A stretch of DNA of 64,000 nt from an uncultured Bacteroidota bacterium (GTDB taxonomy: Bacteria > Bacteroidota > Bacteroidia > Flavobacteriales > Flavobacteriaceae), in contig CACPQA010000005.1 of the NCBI GenBank assembly GCA_902635965.1, positions 50,292-114,291 of the forward strand, given 5' to 3'. Within the stretch, counting starts at the first letter, position 1. Each line of letters starts with the position of its first letter. The notes beneath the pieces are model-generated. The model searched no databases, was not told the DNA's origin, and worked only from the letters and a program-made list of their open reading frames with translations. The translations under genes were made by a program, and so were the position numbers. Of the stretch, positions 28,110-38,007 are shown one piece after another.

Positions 28110-29543
28110 GTGAACTCAGCTGCAACAGAAACCAGAACCGATAACATTGTTTCAACCAAAAGAAAAAATAAGAAAGTTTTTATTGAAACATATGGTTGTC
28201 AAATGAATTTTGCAGATAGCGAGGTTGTTTTGTCTATTTTGAAAAAAAATCAATATGAAAAGTCAGAAAACGCCATTGATTCGGACTTAATATTAATTAA
28301 CACTTGTTCAATAAGAGAAAAAGCAGAGATAAACATTAGAAAAAAATTAACTGCTTATAAAAAATTAAAAAAGAATAACAAGATTAAGATTGGGGTATTA
28401 GGATGTATGGCTGAAAGACTTAAAAAAAAGTTTTTGGAAGAAGAAAAAATTGTAGATCTTGTAGTTGGTCCAGATTCATACAGGGATATTCCAAATTTGC
28501 TTAATAAGGTTAACAATAATGAAAAAGCAATCAATGTAAAATTATCAAAATTCGAAACTTATGAGAAAATCATTCCCGAAAGAATCAATTCGAACAAGGT
28601 TTCTGCATTCGTATCCATAACAAGGGGTTGTGATAATATGTGCACCTTTTGTGTGGTGCCTTTTACCAGAGGAAGGGAAAGAAGTAGGGATCCAAAAAGT
28701 ATTATAAATGAAATCCATTTGTTAGAAAAAAAAGGATTTAAAGAAGTTACTCTTTTGGGACAGAATGTTGATAGTTATCTCTGGTATGGTGGAGGATTAA
28801 AAAAGGATTATTCGAAAGCATCATTGTTACAGAAAAAAACATCTTTGAGATTTAACAATTTACTTGAGATAATAGCTAAAGAAAAACCTAAAATGAGAAT
28901 CCGATTCTCTACTTCAAACCCCCAAGATATGTCAGATGAGGTCATAGAAGTAATATCTAAATACCCGAATATATGTAAACACATTCATCTTCCTGTACAG
29001 TCTGGTAGCAATAAAATTTTGAAAAAAATGAATAGACAACATACAAGAGAAGAATATTTAGATTTAATAACTAAAATTAAAAATAAAATTCCTGATTGTA
29101 GTATTTCTCATGATATAATAACTGGATTCCCTTCTGAAAATAATGAAGACCATTTAGATACTTTAAATTTGATGGAATCAGTTAAGTATGAATATGGATA
29201 TATGTTCAAGTATTCTGAGAGACCTGGAACCTTGGCTCAAAAAAAATTTATTGATAATGTTCCAACGGAAATAAAAAATATTCGACTAAATGAGATAATT
29301 TTCAAACAAAAAAATCATAGTTACTATAGGAATCAGCTGTTCTTAAACAAAATAGTATGCGTTTTAATTGAAAAAGAATCTAAAAAATCTAATGAATTTT
29401 GGAGCGGAAGAACTACCCAAAATACCGTTGTTGTTTTTCCTAAAAAAAACTTTTCTCTGGGAGATTTTGTTGATGTAAAGATTGAAAATTGCACTAATGC
29501 TACACTGATTGGCAATGGATTAAGAATTTCTAAAGATATATAA
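28110..29543 (+). CDS. miaB: tRNA-i6A37 methylthiotransferase MiaB
   Basis: KVFIETYGCQMNFADSE (UPF0004 domain), radical-SAM CDNMCTFCVVP, and a TRAM-like C-terminus. The only in-frame start before the conserved core appears to be the GTG at 28110. Confidence 0.9.
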   Translation: MNSAATETRTDNIVSTKRKNKKVFIETYGCQMNFADSEVVLSILKKNQYEKSENAIDSDLILINTCSIREKAEINIRKKLTAYKKLKKNNKIKIGVLGCMAERLKKKFLEEEKIVDLVVGPDSYRDIPNLLNKVNNNEKAINVKLSKFETYEKIIPERINSNKVSAFVSITRGCDNMCTFCVVPFTRGRERSRDPKSIINEIHLLEKKGFKEVTLLGQNVDSYLWYGGGLKKDYSKASLLQKKTSLRFNNLLEIIAKEKPKMRIRFSTSNPQDMSDEVIEVISKYPNICKHIHLPVQSGSNKILKKMNRQHTREEYLDLITKIKNKIPDCSISHDIITGFPSENNEDHLDTLNLMESVKYEYGYMFKYSERPGTLAQKKFIDNVPTEIKNIRLNEIIFKQKNHSYYRNQLFLNKIVCVLIEKESKKSNEFWSGRTTQNTVVVFPKKNFSLGDFVDVKIENCTNATLIGNGLRISKDI

Positions 29544-30791
29544 ATGGAAAAATTACAAAACGTTAAACAAAGATTTGGAATTATTGGGATGAGTGAGGGT
29601 GTTAATAGGTCGATTGAAAAATCCTTGAGGGTAGCCCCAACTGATATATCAGTTCTTGTTACTGGAGAAAGTGGCGTGGGAAAAGAGAATATTCCCAAAA
29701 TTATTCATCAATTCTCCCACAGGAAACATTCAAAATATATAGCTGTAAACTGTGGCGCCATACCTGAAGGAACAATAGATAGTGAATTATTTGGACATGA
29801 GAAAGGTGCATTTACAGGAGCAACCTCTACTAGGAAAGGTTATTTTGAAGTTGCCGATGGAGGTACTATTTTCTTAGATGAGGTTGGAGAATTGCCAATG
29901 GCTACGCAGGTGCGATTATTGAGGGTCTTAGAAACTGGTGAGTTTATAAAAGTTGGATCATCTGTAGTTCAAAAAACAAACGTAAGAATAGTTGCTGCAA
30001 CCAACATGGATATGAATGAAGCAATTCAAAAACAAAAATTCAGAGAAGATCTCTTTTATAGATTAAGTACCGTTGAGATCAACATCCCTCCTCTAAGAGA
30101 AAGAAAACAGGATATACCTTTACTCTTCAGAAAGTTTGCATCTGATTTTGCGGAAAAATATCGCATGCCATCACTAAAATTAAATGATGATGCAGTAAAA
30201 ATACTGACCGAATACCATTGGCAAGGAAATATCAGACAATTAAGAAATATAGCAGAGCAAATGTCAGTTTTAGAAAAAGACAGAATACTTTCTATTGAAA
30301 AATTAAGAAATTATCTACCCAACTCGGGTATACAACTTCCTGCAGTTGTTAAAAATAAAAAATCTCAGAGCGATTTTTCGTCTGAGAGAGAAATTCTTTA
30401 TAAAGTTTTATTCGATATGAAGAATGATTTAAATGAGTTGAAAAAAATTACAATGAAACTTATGAACAGTGACATTAGCAAAGAGGAAAAGGAAGGATTA
30501 ATTCAACAAATTCACAGTAATAATCTCGAAATATCAAATAATTCTTATGATTTGGGTTTGTTGAAAAATGACTCGAAAAAAGATATTAATGAGAAAAATG
30601 ATACAAATAAATTTGAATACGCAGAAACTATTGAAGAAGTTGAGACCTTGTCCATTCTTGACAAAGAAATAGAATTGATTAAAAAAGCTCTTGAAAGAAG
30701 TAAAGGAAAAAGAAAATTAGCTGCCGATGAGCTTGGGATTTCAGAAAGGACATTATATAGAAAAATTAAACAATATGACCTTCAAAATTAA
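29544..30791 (+). CDS. Sigma-54-dependent transcriptional activator (AAA+ plus C-terminal Fis-type HTH, no N-terminal sensor/receiver domain)
   Basis: Walker A GESGVGKE about 45 aa from the start. GAFTGA loop (EKGAFTGA). Walker B FLDEVGE. C-terminal LGISERTLYRKIKQY. Confidence 0.85.
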   Translation: MEKLQNVKQRFGIIGMSEGVNRSIEKSLRVAPTDISVLVTGESGVGKENIPKIIHQFSHRKHSKYIAVNCGAIPEGTIDSELFGHEKGAFTGATSTRKGYFEVADGGTIFLDEVGELPMATQVRLLRVLETGEFIKVGSSVVQKTNVRIVAATNMDMNEAIQKQKFREDLFYRLSTVEINIPPLRERKQDIPLLFRKFASDFAEKYRMPSLKLNDDAVKILTEYHWQGNIRQLRNIAEQMSVLEKDRILSIEKLRNYLPNSGIQLPAVVKNKKSQSDFSSEREILYKVLFDMKNDLNELKKITMKLMNSDISKEEKEGLIQQIHSNNLEISNNSYDLGLLKNDSKKDINEKNDTNKFEYAETIEEVETLSILDKEIELIKKALERSKGKRKLAADELGISERTLYRKIKQYDLQN

Positions 30792-31314
30792 TAGGACTAA
30801 TTTTTTAAAAATATTTATTTACGTTAGTACACTGTTAGTAACTCTCAAGTGTGGTATTTATTCTTTTACTGGAGCATCAATACCAGAGGGCACTGAAACT
30901 TTTCAAGTAAATTATTTTGACAATGTCGCAGGAAACAGACCTGGATCAACTATAGAGCCTGGATTGGATCAAGAATTTACAATAGCTCTCCAAGATTTAA
31001 TTTTAAATCAAACAAATTTAAATTTGGTGACAAGTAATGGTGATTTAGTTTATGAAGGAGAAATTGTACAATATAGCATTACACCAACTACTTCAACAGC
31101 CAACAACACAGCAGCTCAAAACAGATTAACCATGAGAGTAAATGTTCGTTACACAAATAAGCTTAAAGATGAGGATTCATTTGAAAAGGGATTTTCCTTT
31201 TTTTATGATTTTGACGCTAATCAACAACTTTATGACATTAAAACGGCCGCAAACAAAGATTTATTTGAACGAATAACATTAGATATTTTTAACGCCTCAC
31301 TTGCAAAATGGTAA
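30775..31314 (+). CDS. LptE-like lipoprotein (Bacteroidota type)
   Basis: The ORF track starts at 30727. I prefer the ATG at 30775, which gives MTFKINRTNFLKIFIYVSTLLVTLKC-GIYSFTG (signal peptide plus lipobox Cys). Size and position after the sigma-54 activator fit the LptE family as I recall it. Confidence 0.55.
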   Translation: MTFKINRTNFLKIFIYVSTLLVTLKCGIYSFTGASIPEGTETFQVNYFDNVAGNRPGSTIEPGLDQEFTIALQDLILNQTNLNLVTSNGDLVYEGEIVQYSITPTTSTANNTAAQNRLTMRVNVRYTNKLKDEDSFEKGFSFFYDFDANQQLYDIKTAANKDLFERITLDIFNASLAKW

Positions 31315-32021
31315 CAAAAAATTCAGAGAATTTCACAAACTTAGTATTAAATTTTGACCCTAAAAATAGTATTCAAAAAAAGGAGTTAGAAAACATAATT
31401 TTTAAATTTCCATACTTCCAAATAGCCCACGCAATTTATTTAAAGTCACTTAAGATTCAGGATCCGTTTAATTTTGATTTGATCTTGAAGAAAACGGCAA
31501 TTCTTTCTTCCAAAAGAAAATTAATTTTCAATTGGATTGAAGACAATGAGAACAACTTGTTCGATATTATAGAAAGATCTATAGAAAATATAACTAAAGA
31601 GTCTAAGGAAATAGATAATTCAATTCGAGGAATATCTACAAATAATAAGTCCATTGAAGACGAACAAAAAATGTTATTTGTTGATTGGGTCATGTCCTAC
31701 AAGGATTCTAAGAAAGAAAGTGAAGATAGACCTTTAGAATCTAAAATTGAAATAATCGATTCGTTTATAGAAAAAAATCCTAAAATTAAAAAAAGCATGG
31801 ATAAGGTTGAAGAAGATAATTTCTTAAACTTGGCTTCCGATAACAAGTTTGATAAATCTGTGCTTATGACAGAAACTTTGGCCAAAATTTATGTTAAACA
31901 AAATAAAATAAAAAAAGCTTTATATGCGTACAAAATATTAAGTTTGAAATATCCAGAAAAAAGTAGTTTCTTTGCAAACCAAATAAAAAAGTTACAGAAA
32001 AAACAAAACAAAAAAACATGA
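31308..32021 (+). CDS. Hypothetical protein with C-terminal TPR-like helix pair
   Basis: 237 aa and Lys/Glu-rich. The C-terminus ETLAKIYVKQNKIKKALYAYKILSLKYPEKSSFFANQIKKL resembles one TPR. Overlaps its neighbours by 7 and 4 nt. Confidence 0.4.
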   Translation: MVTKNSENFTNLVLNFDPKNSIQKKELENIIFKFPYFQIAHAIYLKSLKIQDPFNFDLILKKTAILSSKRKLIFNWIEDNENNLFDIIERSIENITKESKEIDNSIRGISTNNKSIEDEQKMLFVDWVMSYKDSKKESEDRPLESKIEIIDSFIEKNPKIKKSMDKVEEDNFLNLASDNKFDKSVLMTETLAKIYVKQNKIKKALYAYKILSLKYPEKSSFFANQIKKLQKKQNKKT

Positions 32022-32368
32022 GTATTTTTTCAATATTTGTTCTTTTAATCATATTTGTTTGCTTTTTGCTTGTATTAGTAATAATGGTACAAAATCCCAA
32101 AGGAGGAGGTCTTTCGTCTTCATTTGGAGGTGGAGGTCAACAAATGGGAGGTGTTCAAAAGACAACAGATTTTCTGGACAGAAGTACTTGGATTTTGTCA
32201 ACACTATTGCTGATATTGATATTACTATCTAATTTTGGACTAGAAACTAATACATCAAGTCTACCATCTGATTCTAAACTAATCGATGAATCTGAAATTG
32301 AAATTATTCCTGAAACCGTACCAGAGGAAATTTTTGAAGAAAACAATAATTCAAATTCTGAAGATTAA
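32018..32368 (+). CDS. secG: Preprotein translocase subunit SecG
   Basis: TM helix, then QNPKGGGLSSSFGGGGQQMGGVQKTTDFLDRSTW, then a second TM helix, which is the SecG signature layout. Confidence 0.75.
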   Translation: MSIFSIFVLLIIFVCFLLVLVIMVQNPKGGGLSSSFGGGGQQMGGVQKTTDFLDRSTWILSTLLLILILLSNFGLETNTSSLPSDSKLIDESEIEIIPETVPEEIFEENNNSNSED

Positions 32369-32467
32369 ATGTCAGCTTGTCATGGTCGATAAAAAATTTT
32401 AAATAAAAACTGTCACAAACAAGTCTGGCATAATTTGTGAAAACAAAAAATATATTAATAAAAAAAT

Positions 32468-32746
32468 ATGAGTAAACTAAACATTAAACCATTAGCTGAC
32501 AGGGTTCTTGTTGAACCGGCAGCCGCTGAAACAAAAACGTCGTCTGGAATAATAATTCCTGACACAGCCAAAGAAAAACCACAAAAAGGTAAAATTGTTG
32601 CTGTTGGTCCCGGAACAAAAGAAAATCCGGTCACAGTTAAAGTTGGAGACGTTGTTCTTTATGGAAAATATTCAGGTACTGAATTAAACCATGAAGGAAA
32701 TGATTATTTAATTATGAAGGAAAACGACATATTAGCAATTATATAA
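32468..32746 (+). CDS. groES: Co-chaperonin GroES
   Basis: [49 protein letters not shown]... Confidence 0.95.
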   Translation: MSKLNIKPLADRVLVEPAAAETKTSSGIIIPDTAKEKPQKGKIVAVGPGTKENPVTVKVGDVVLYGKYSGTELNHEGNDYLIMKENDILAII

Positions 32747-32750
32747 ATAA

Positions 32751-34397
<1,647 letters not shown>

Positions 34398-34415
34398 TAA
34401 CATCACTCTCATTTT

Positions 34416-34447
34416 AAAAAAAGGTAAACTATTGTTTACCTTTTTTT
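34416..34447. terminator. Bidirectional rho-independent terminator (A7, 8-bp stem, 4-nt loop, stem, T-run)
   Basis: aaaaaaaggtaaac-tatt-gtttaccttttttt, starting 19 nt after the groEL stop. It overlaps the last codons and stop of the convergent HMA gene. Confidence 0.7.
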
Positions 34448-34776
34448 ATTTCTTCTCTATTGTACAAACAACACATTGGCAAGTTGTCATAAATTTCATC
34501 TGGTGCTTGCTCCATTGAAGTATCGTGACCTACTTTGGCTATTGATTTGTGAATTTGATATATATCAAGTTTACTTTTGTCATACAGTACCGTGAGCAAA
34601 TGATTATTTATATCCCACTCAGCGTTTTTTACCCCTTTTTGTTTAAACGCAGTTTTCTCAATCCGTGCTTTGCACATTTTGCATACCCCATTAACTTCAA
34701 AAGATTCCTCTACGATATTTTTTTTTTGAGAAAAAACCGCAGAAGATAGTAATATTAAAAAAATAATTTTTTTCAT
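34429..34776 (-). CDS. Exported heavy-metal-associated (HMA) domain protein, MerP/CopZ-like fold
   Basis: Signal peptide MKKIIFLILLSSAVFSQ. Metal-binding loop GVCKMCKARIEK (CxxC). An extra C-terminal CC (PMCCLY). Confidence 0.75.
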   Translation of the reverse strand: MKKIIFLILLSSAVFSQKKNIVEESFEVNGVCKMCKARIEKTAFKQKGVKNAEWDINNHLLTVLYDKSKLDIYQIHKSIAKVGHDTSMEQAPDEIYDNLPMCCLYNREEIKKGKQ

Positions 34777-34780
34777 AATT

Positions 34781-37015
34781 TTAATTTAAATTAAACCTAA
34801 TTCCACTGTAAAAAAATCTTCCAAAAACAGGTGCATAGACTAAACTAGCATCGAAATTTCTTCCAAAAGGATTGTCAGCGGCAATAATTGGATTTTTTTG
34901 TCTCACGTTCAACAAATTTTCACCCCCTAAATATAATTCAAATTTAGAAGAAAATACTTTTGCTGTTTGAAAATTAATTAAACTATAGGGGGATGCTACA
35001 AAACCGTTTAAATGGAATAGATTCGATGGAATTCTTTGTTTTCCAACAATATTGTAAGTGAAATCATTCCTCCACCCTTTTCCCTTATTGTTAACTGTGT
35101 TATACTCAATGTTAAAGAAAAATCTTGAGTAAGGTCTTAATGGTTTTCTTTTAAAGCCGTCTCTATAAGATGTTCTAACATTTTCGTTCTTGTATGCAAT
35201 TCTTGTTGAAATATTATTAGAAGCTTTGTAATTAAATTCGATTTGAAAACTTTTTGAAAAGCTTTTACCGGACAAATTGTAAAATTGAATGTACTGTAAC
35301 TTTTCAAAGTCTGCTACAACTTGATTCAAAAAGGTTGTATTGTAAAAATCAAATATTACATCAGCAATTCTATTGAATAAGTTGAAATTACGAGTAACAC
35401 TGAGTCCATAATTCCAAGCTATTTCGGGTTTTAAACCATAGATAGAACCGTTTGAAGGAAAGATTTGAATAGTCCTGTTGGAAGCAAAAATATTTTGGTT
35501 TTCAGCAAATATGTTACCTACTTTTCTTCCCTGTCCAACAGAAAATCGAAATATAGTAGGTTTTTCCGATTCTTGGTATCTTATGTGAAGTCGTGGAGAT
35601 AAAAATGTGCCAATGTTATTATGGCTGTCAAATCTTAATCCGGCAACCAAATTAAGATTTTCAAGATTGTCATAAGTGTACTCAAAAAACATTCCAAAAA
35701 CATCATCCGTCCTCCTGTACAAATCCGTATCAACACTTTCATTATAAATATCTCTTGAAAAATTTAATCCGGTTTTAAATTTGTTTTTAGTATTAGAAAT
35801 AATAGAATTGAAAATTAAGTTGCTATATAAACTTTCGTGAGTGATGTTATAATCTCTAACACCAAAAAATGACTCTTGGTTATGTTTTGAATAAGCTGTT
35901 TGAAAACCTATACTTTGGTAAGTTATCAATGGAAAGACGTATCCAATTTTTAAACTTGCATCAGCTCTTTGAGTAAATATTTCGCTCCCCCAGCTTGAAA
36001 GATTGATATTATTACTTCTTCCACTAAAATTAGTTTCACCAGATGTTTTTCTATCATTTAAAAACCTAAGACTTAGAAACCCCACAATTCCGTTCTGTGC
36101 ATCAGTATACTGTATCCTTTTTAAAAGATTTATTTGCCTAGTTTGTGGCATATCTAAAAAACCGTCATCATTATTGTCAGTAATCATATTGCGTTGACTT
36201 GTGTGCCCATAAAGTCCTAAACTAAACTTTTGACTAAGTGACTTATTGTAATGAAAATTAAATTCTTTTCTTCCATTTACAGAGGCAAAAGCATTTAAAA
36301 AAAGTGGATTAGTTAAACTGGGTTTTTTTAATTCAGCGTTTATTTGACCAACGATACTTTCAAATCCATTCACAACGCTGCCAGTTCCTTTAGTTACTTG
36401 AATGCTCTCAATCCAAGGTCCGGGTGTATATGTTAGTCCATATACTTGCGATGCTCCTCTCACAAATGGAATATTCTCCTGGGTTATCATTATATATGGA
36501 CTAGAAAGTCCTAACATGTTTATTTGTTTAGTTCCTGTCAAAGCATCCGAAAAATTGACATCAATAGAAGGGTTGGTTTCAAAACTCTCAGACAAATTAC
36601 AACATGCAGCTTTTAATAATTCCTCACTACTTATTTTGGTAATATTTTGAGCACTGAAGTATGATCTCTGCAAAGATTTTCTTCTTTCAACAATTTCAAT
36701 TTCATTCAATTCTCCAAGATTACTCTCTTTCATTACATGTGAAATGCTTGATTTTTTTTCAATATTTAAAGTGTCTGTTTGAAATCCTATAAAGCTTAAG
36801 ATAAGTTTGTTTGTATTGCTATTTATAGGAATAGAAAATTTTCCATCCTCGTTGGAAATAGTTCCTACAGAAGTATCAAGCCAATAAATATTTACTCCCG
36901 ACATGGGGACTAAATTGTCATTTGATTTTGAAAAAACCTGTCCTCTTATGTTTTCTTGAGCCAAAAGAACATTAGATATTAATAAAAAGTTTAAAATTGA
37001 TAATATTATTTTCAT
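34781..37015 (-). CDS. TonB-dependent receptor with N-terminal carboxypeptidase-regulatory-like domain
   Basis: Signal peptide. RGQVFSKSNDNLVPMSGVNIYWLDTSVGTISNEDGKFSI (CarboxypepD_reg-like). Plug (ESIQVTKGTGSVVNGFESIVGQIN). Long barrel. Confidence 0.85.
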   Translation of the reverse strand: MKIILSILNFLLISNVLLAQENIRGQVFSKSNDNLVPMSGVNIYWLDTSVGTISNEDGKFSIPINSNTNKLILSFIGFQTDTLNIEKKSSISHVMKESNLGELNEIEIVERRKSLQRSYFSAQNITKISSEELLKAACCNLSESFETNPSIDVNFSDALTGTKQINMLGLSSPYIMITQENIPFVRGASQVYGLTYTPGPWIESIQVTKGTGSVVNGFESIVGQINAELKKPSLTNPLFLNAFASVNGRKEFNFHYNKSLSQKFSLGLYGHTSQRNMITDNNDDGFLDMPQTRQINLLKRIQYTDAQNGIVGFLSLRFLNDRKTSGETNFSGRSNNINLSSWGSEIFTQRADASLKIGYVFPLITYQSIGFQTAYSKHNQESFFGVRDYNITHESLYSNLIFNSIISNTKNKFKTGLNFSRDIYNESVDTDLYRRTDDVFGMFFEYTYDNLENLNLVAGLRFDSHNNIGTFLSPRLHIRYQESEKPTIFRFSVGQGRKVGNIFAENQNIFASNRTIQIFPSNGSIYGLKPEIAWNYGLSVTRNFNLFNRIADVIFDFYNTTFLNQVVADFEKLQYIQFYNLSGKSFSKSFQIEFNYKASNNISTRIAYKNENVRTSYRDGFKRKPLRPYSRFFFNIEYNTVNNKGKGWRNDFTYNIVGKQRIPSNLFHLNGFVASPYSLINFQTAKVFSSKFELYLGGENLLNVRQKNPIIAADNPFGRNFDASLVYAPVFGRFFYSGIRFNLN

Positions 37016-37064
37016 TTTTCATGGGTTTAAATTAATTAGATATAAAGCGTAGATATCTATTTAA

Positions 37065-37454
37065 CTATCCATAAAAAACAAATGAGCAATTAATCTTAAA
37101 AACAGGTATTTTGGGTGGATGGAATTTTGGTATTTTAGAAAAGATATATCTGTCTAAAATATATATGTATCCAAAAAAAGTTTGAATAAATTCTTTGTTA
37201 AAAAGGGTGACTATTTTGGATTCTGTTTTAGTTTGGTTTTTATCATAAACGAGTACCTTGTCATGACAACAGGATTTTTGAGAAACATGATAATCTTTTT
37301 CAGATTTAAAATTATGCATATCACATCCCTCGGTGTCATGTAAATAAGAAAAATCTGCAACAAGATTCCCGCAATAGTGGATATTTATACCATAGGCTAT
37401 TCTACTTTGAATGAAGAATAAAAGGATAAATAATATTTTAATTCTCATTAACAT
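37065..37454 (-). CDS. Small exported Cys/His-rich protein with HYC ... CC ... PP motifs
   Basis: Signal peptide, then INIHYCGN, EGCDMH, SCCHDK and FHPPK. I recall a curated family named HYC_CC_PP that has this motif order; that name is recollection, not a search result. Confidence 0.5.
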   Translation of the reverse strand: MLMRIKILFILLFFIQSRIAYGINIHYCGNLVADFSYLHDTEGCDMHNFKSEKDYHVSQKSCCHDKVLVYDKNQTKTESKIVTLFNKEFIQTFFGYIYILDRYIFSKIPKFHPPKIPVFKINCSFVFYG

Positions 37455-37475
37455 AGTATAAAATTAATATTTTTT

Positions 37476-38000
37476 TTGGATAGTGATTTTAAACACCATA
37501 TTTTAACTATCCATAATTATAATTTTAACTTTTCATTGATTGATTATTCTACATTATTTAAAAATTGTGTTGAAATAGTAAATGAATATTCTGCATTAAG
37601 TAAGTCTGAAATTTTAAAGAAGATATGCAGTTTACTTAAAGAAAAAATAGATTTTTATGATTGGGTAGGATTTTATTTTTTAGATAAAAAAGGGAAAAAA
37701 CTAGTTCTTATTTCTTATGCTGGTAAACCCACTGAACATACCGAAATACCTATAGGCAAAGGAATATGTGGACAGGTTGCAAAAACAGCAAAAAGTCTTA
37801 TTGTCGATGATGTTTCAAAAGAAAAAAATTATATCTCGTGTGACATCGAGGTGAAATCTGAAATTGTCGTACCCATTTTTGTGAATGATAAAAATATTGG
37901 TCAAATTGATGTTGATTCTAGAAAGATAAAAGCTTTTAATAAAAGTGATGAAATTTTTCTTATGCAGGTTAATGAATTAATATCAAAAAACTTATTTTAG
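37476..38000 (+). CDS. GAF domain protein (free methionine-(R)-sulfoxide reductase-like)
   Basis: WVGFYFL...GKGICGQVAKTAKSLIVDDV...IVVPIFVNDKNIGQIDVDS. There is no in-frame ATG near the start; possible TTG starts lie at 37476 or 37536. Confidence 0.7.
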   Translation: MDSDFKHHILTIHNYNFNFSLIDYSTLFKNCVEIVNEYSALSKSEILKKICSLLKEKIDFYDWVGFYFLDKKGKKLVLISYAGKPTEHTEIPIGKGICGQVAKTAKSLIVDDVSKEKNYISCDIEVKSEIVVPIFVNDKNIGQIDVDSRKIKAFNKSDEIFLMQVNELISKNLF

Positions 38001-38007
38001 ATAGAAT

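Noticed and set aside
30727-30774. The longer ORF-track start for the LptE-like gene (MSLGFQKGHYIEKLNN...). Comparable long starts exist at 47173 (surE), 47219 (S41 protease) and 63677 (coaX).
   Set aside because: The extensions overlap upstream genes or add residues ahead of an obvious signal peptide or conserved N-terminus (MTFKINRT..., MAKRPLILATNDDG, MTRLLF..., MNLIIDCGNT). Internal ATGs are more plausible.
32421-32445. Sigma-54-like -24 element (cTGGCAtaatttgtga) upstream of groES
   Set aside because: The -12 position reads GTGA instead of TTGC with the correct GG-N10 spacing, so only the -24 half matches. That is too weak to call, and the sequence is also one base off a TAnnTTTG box.
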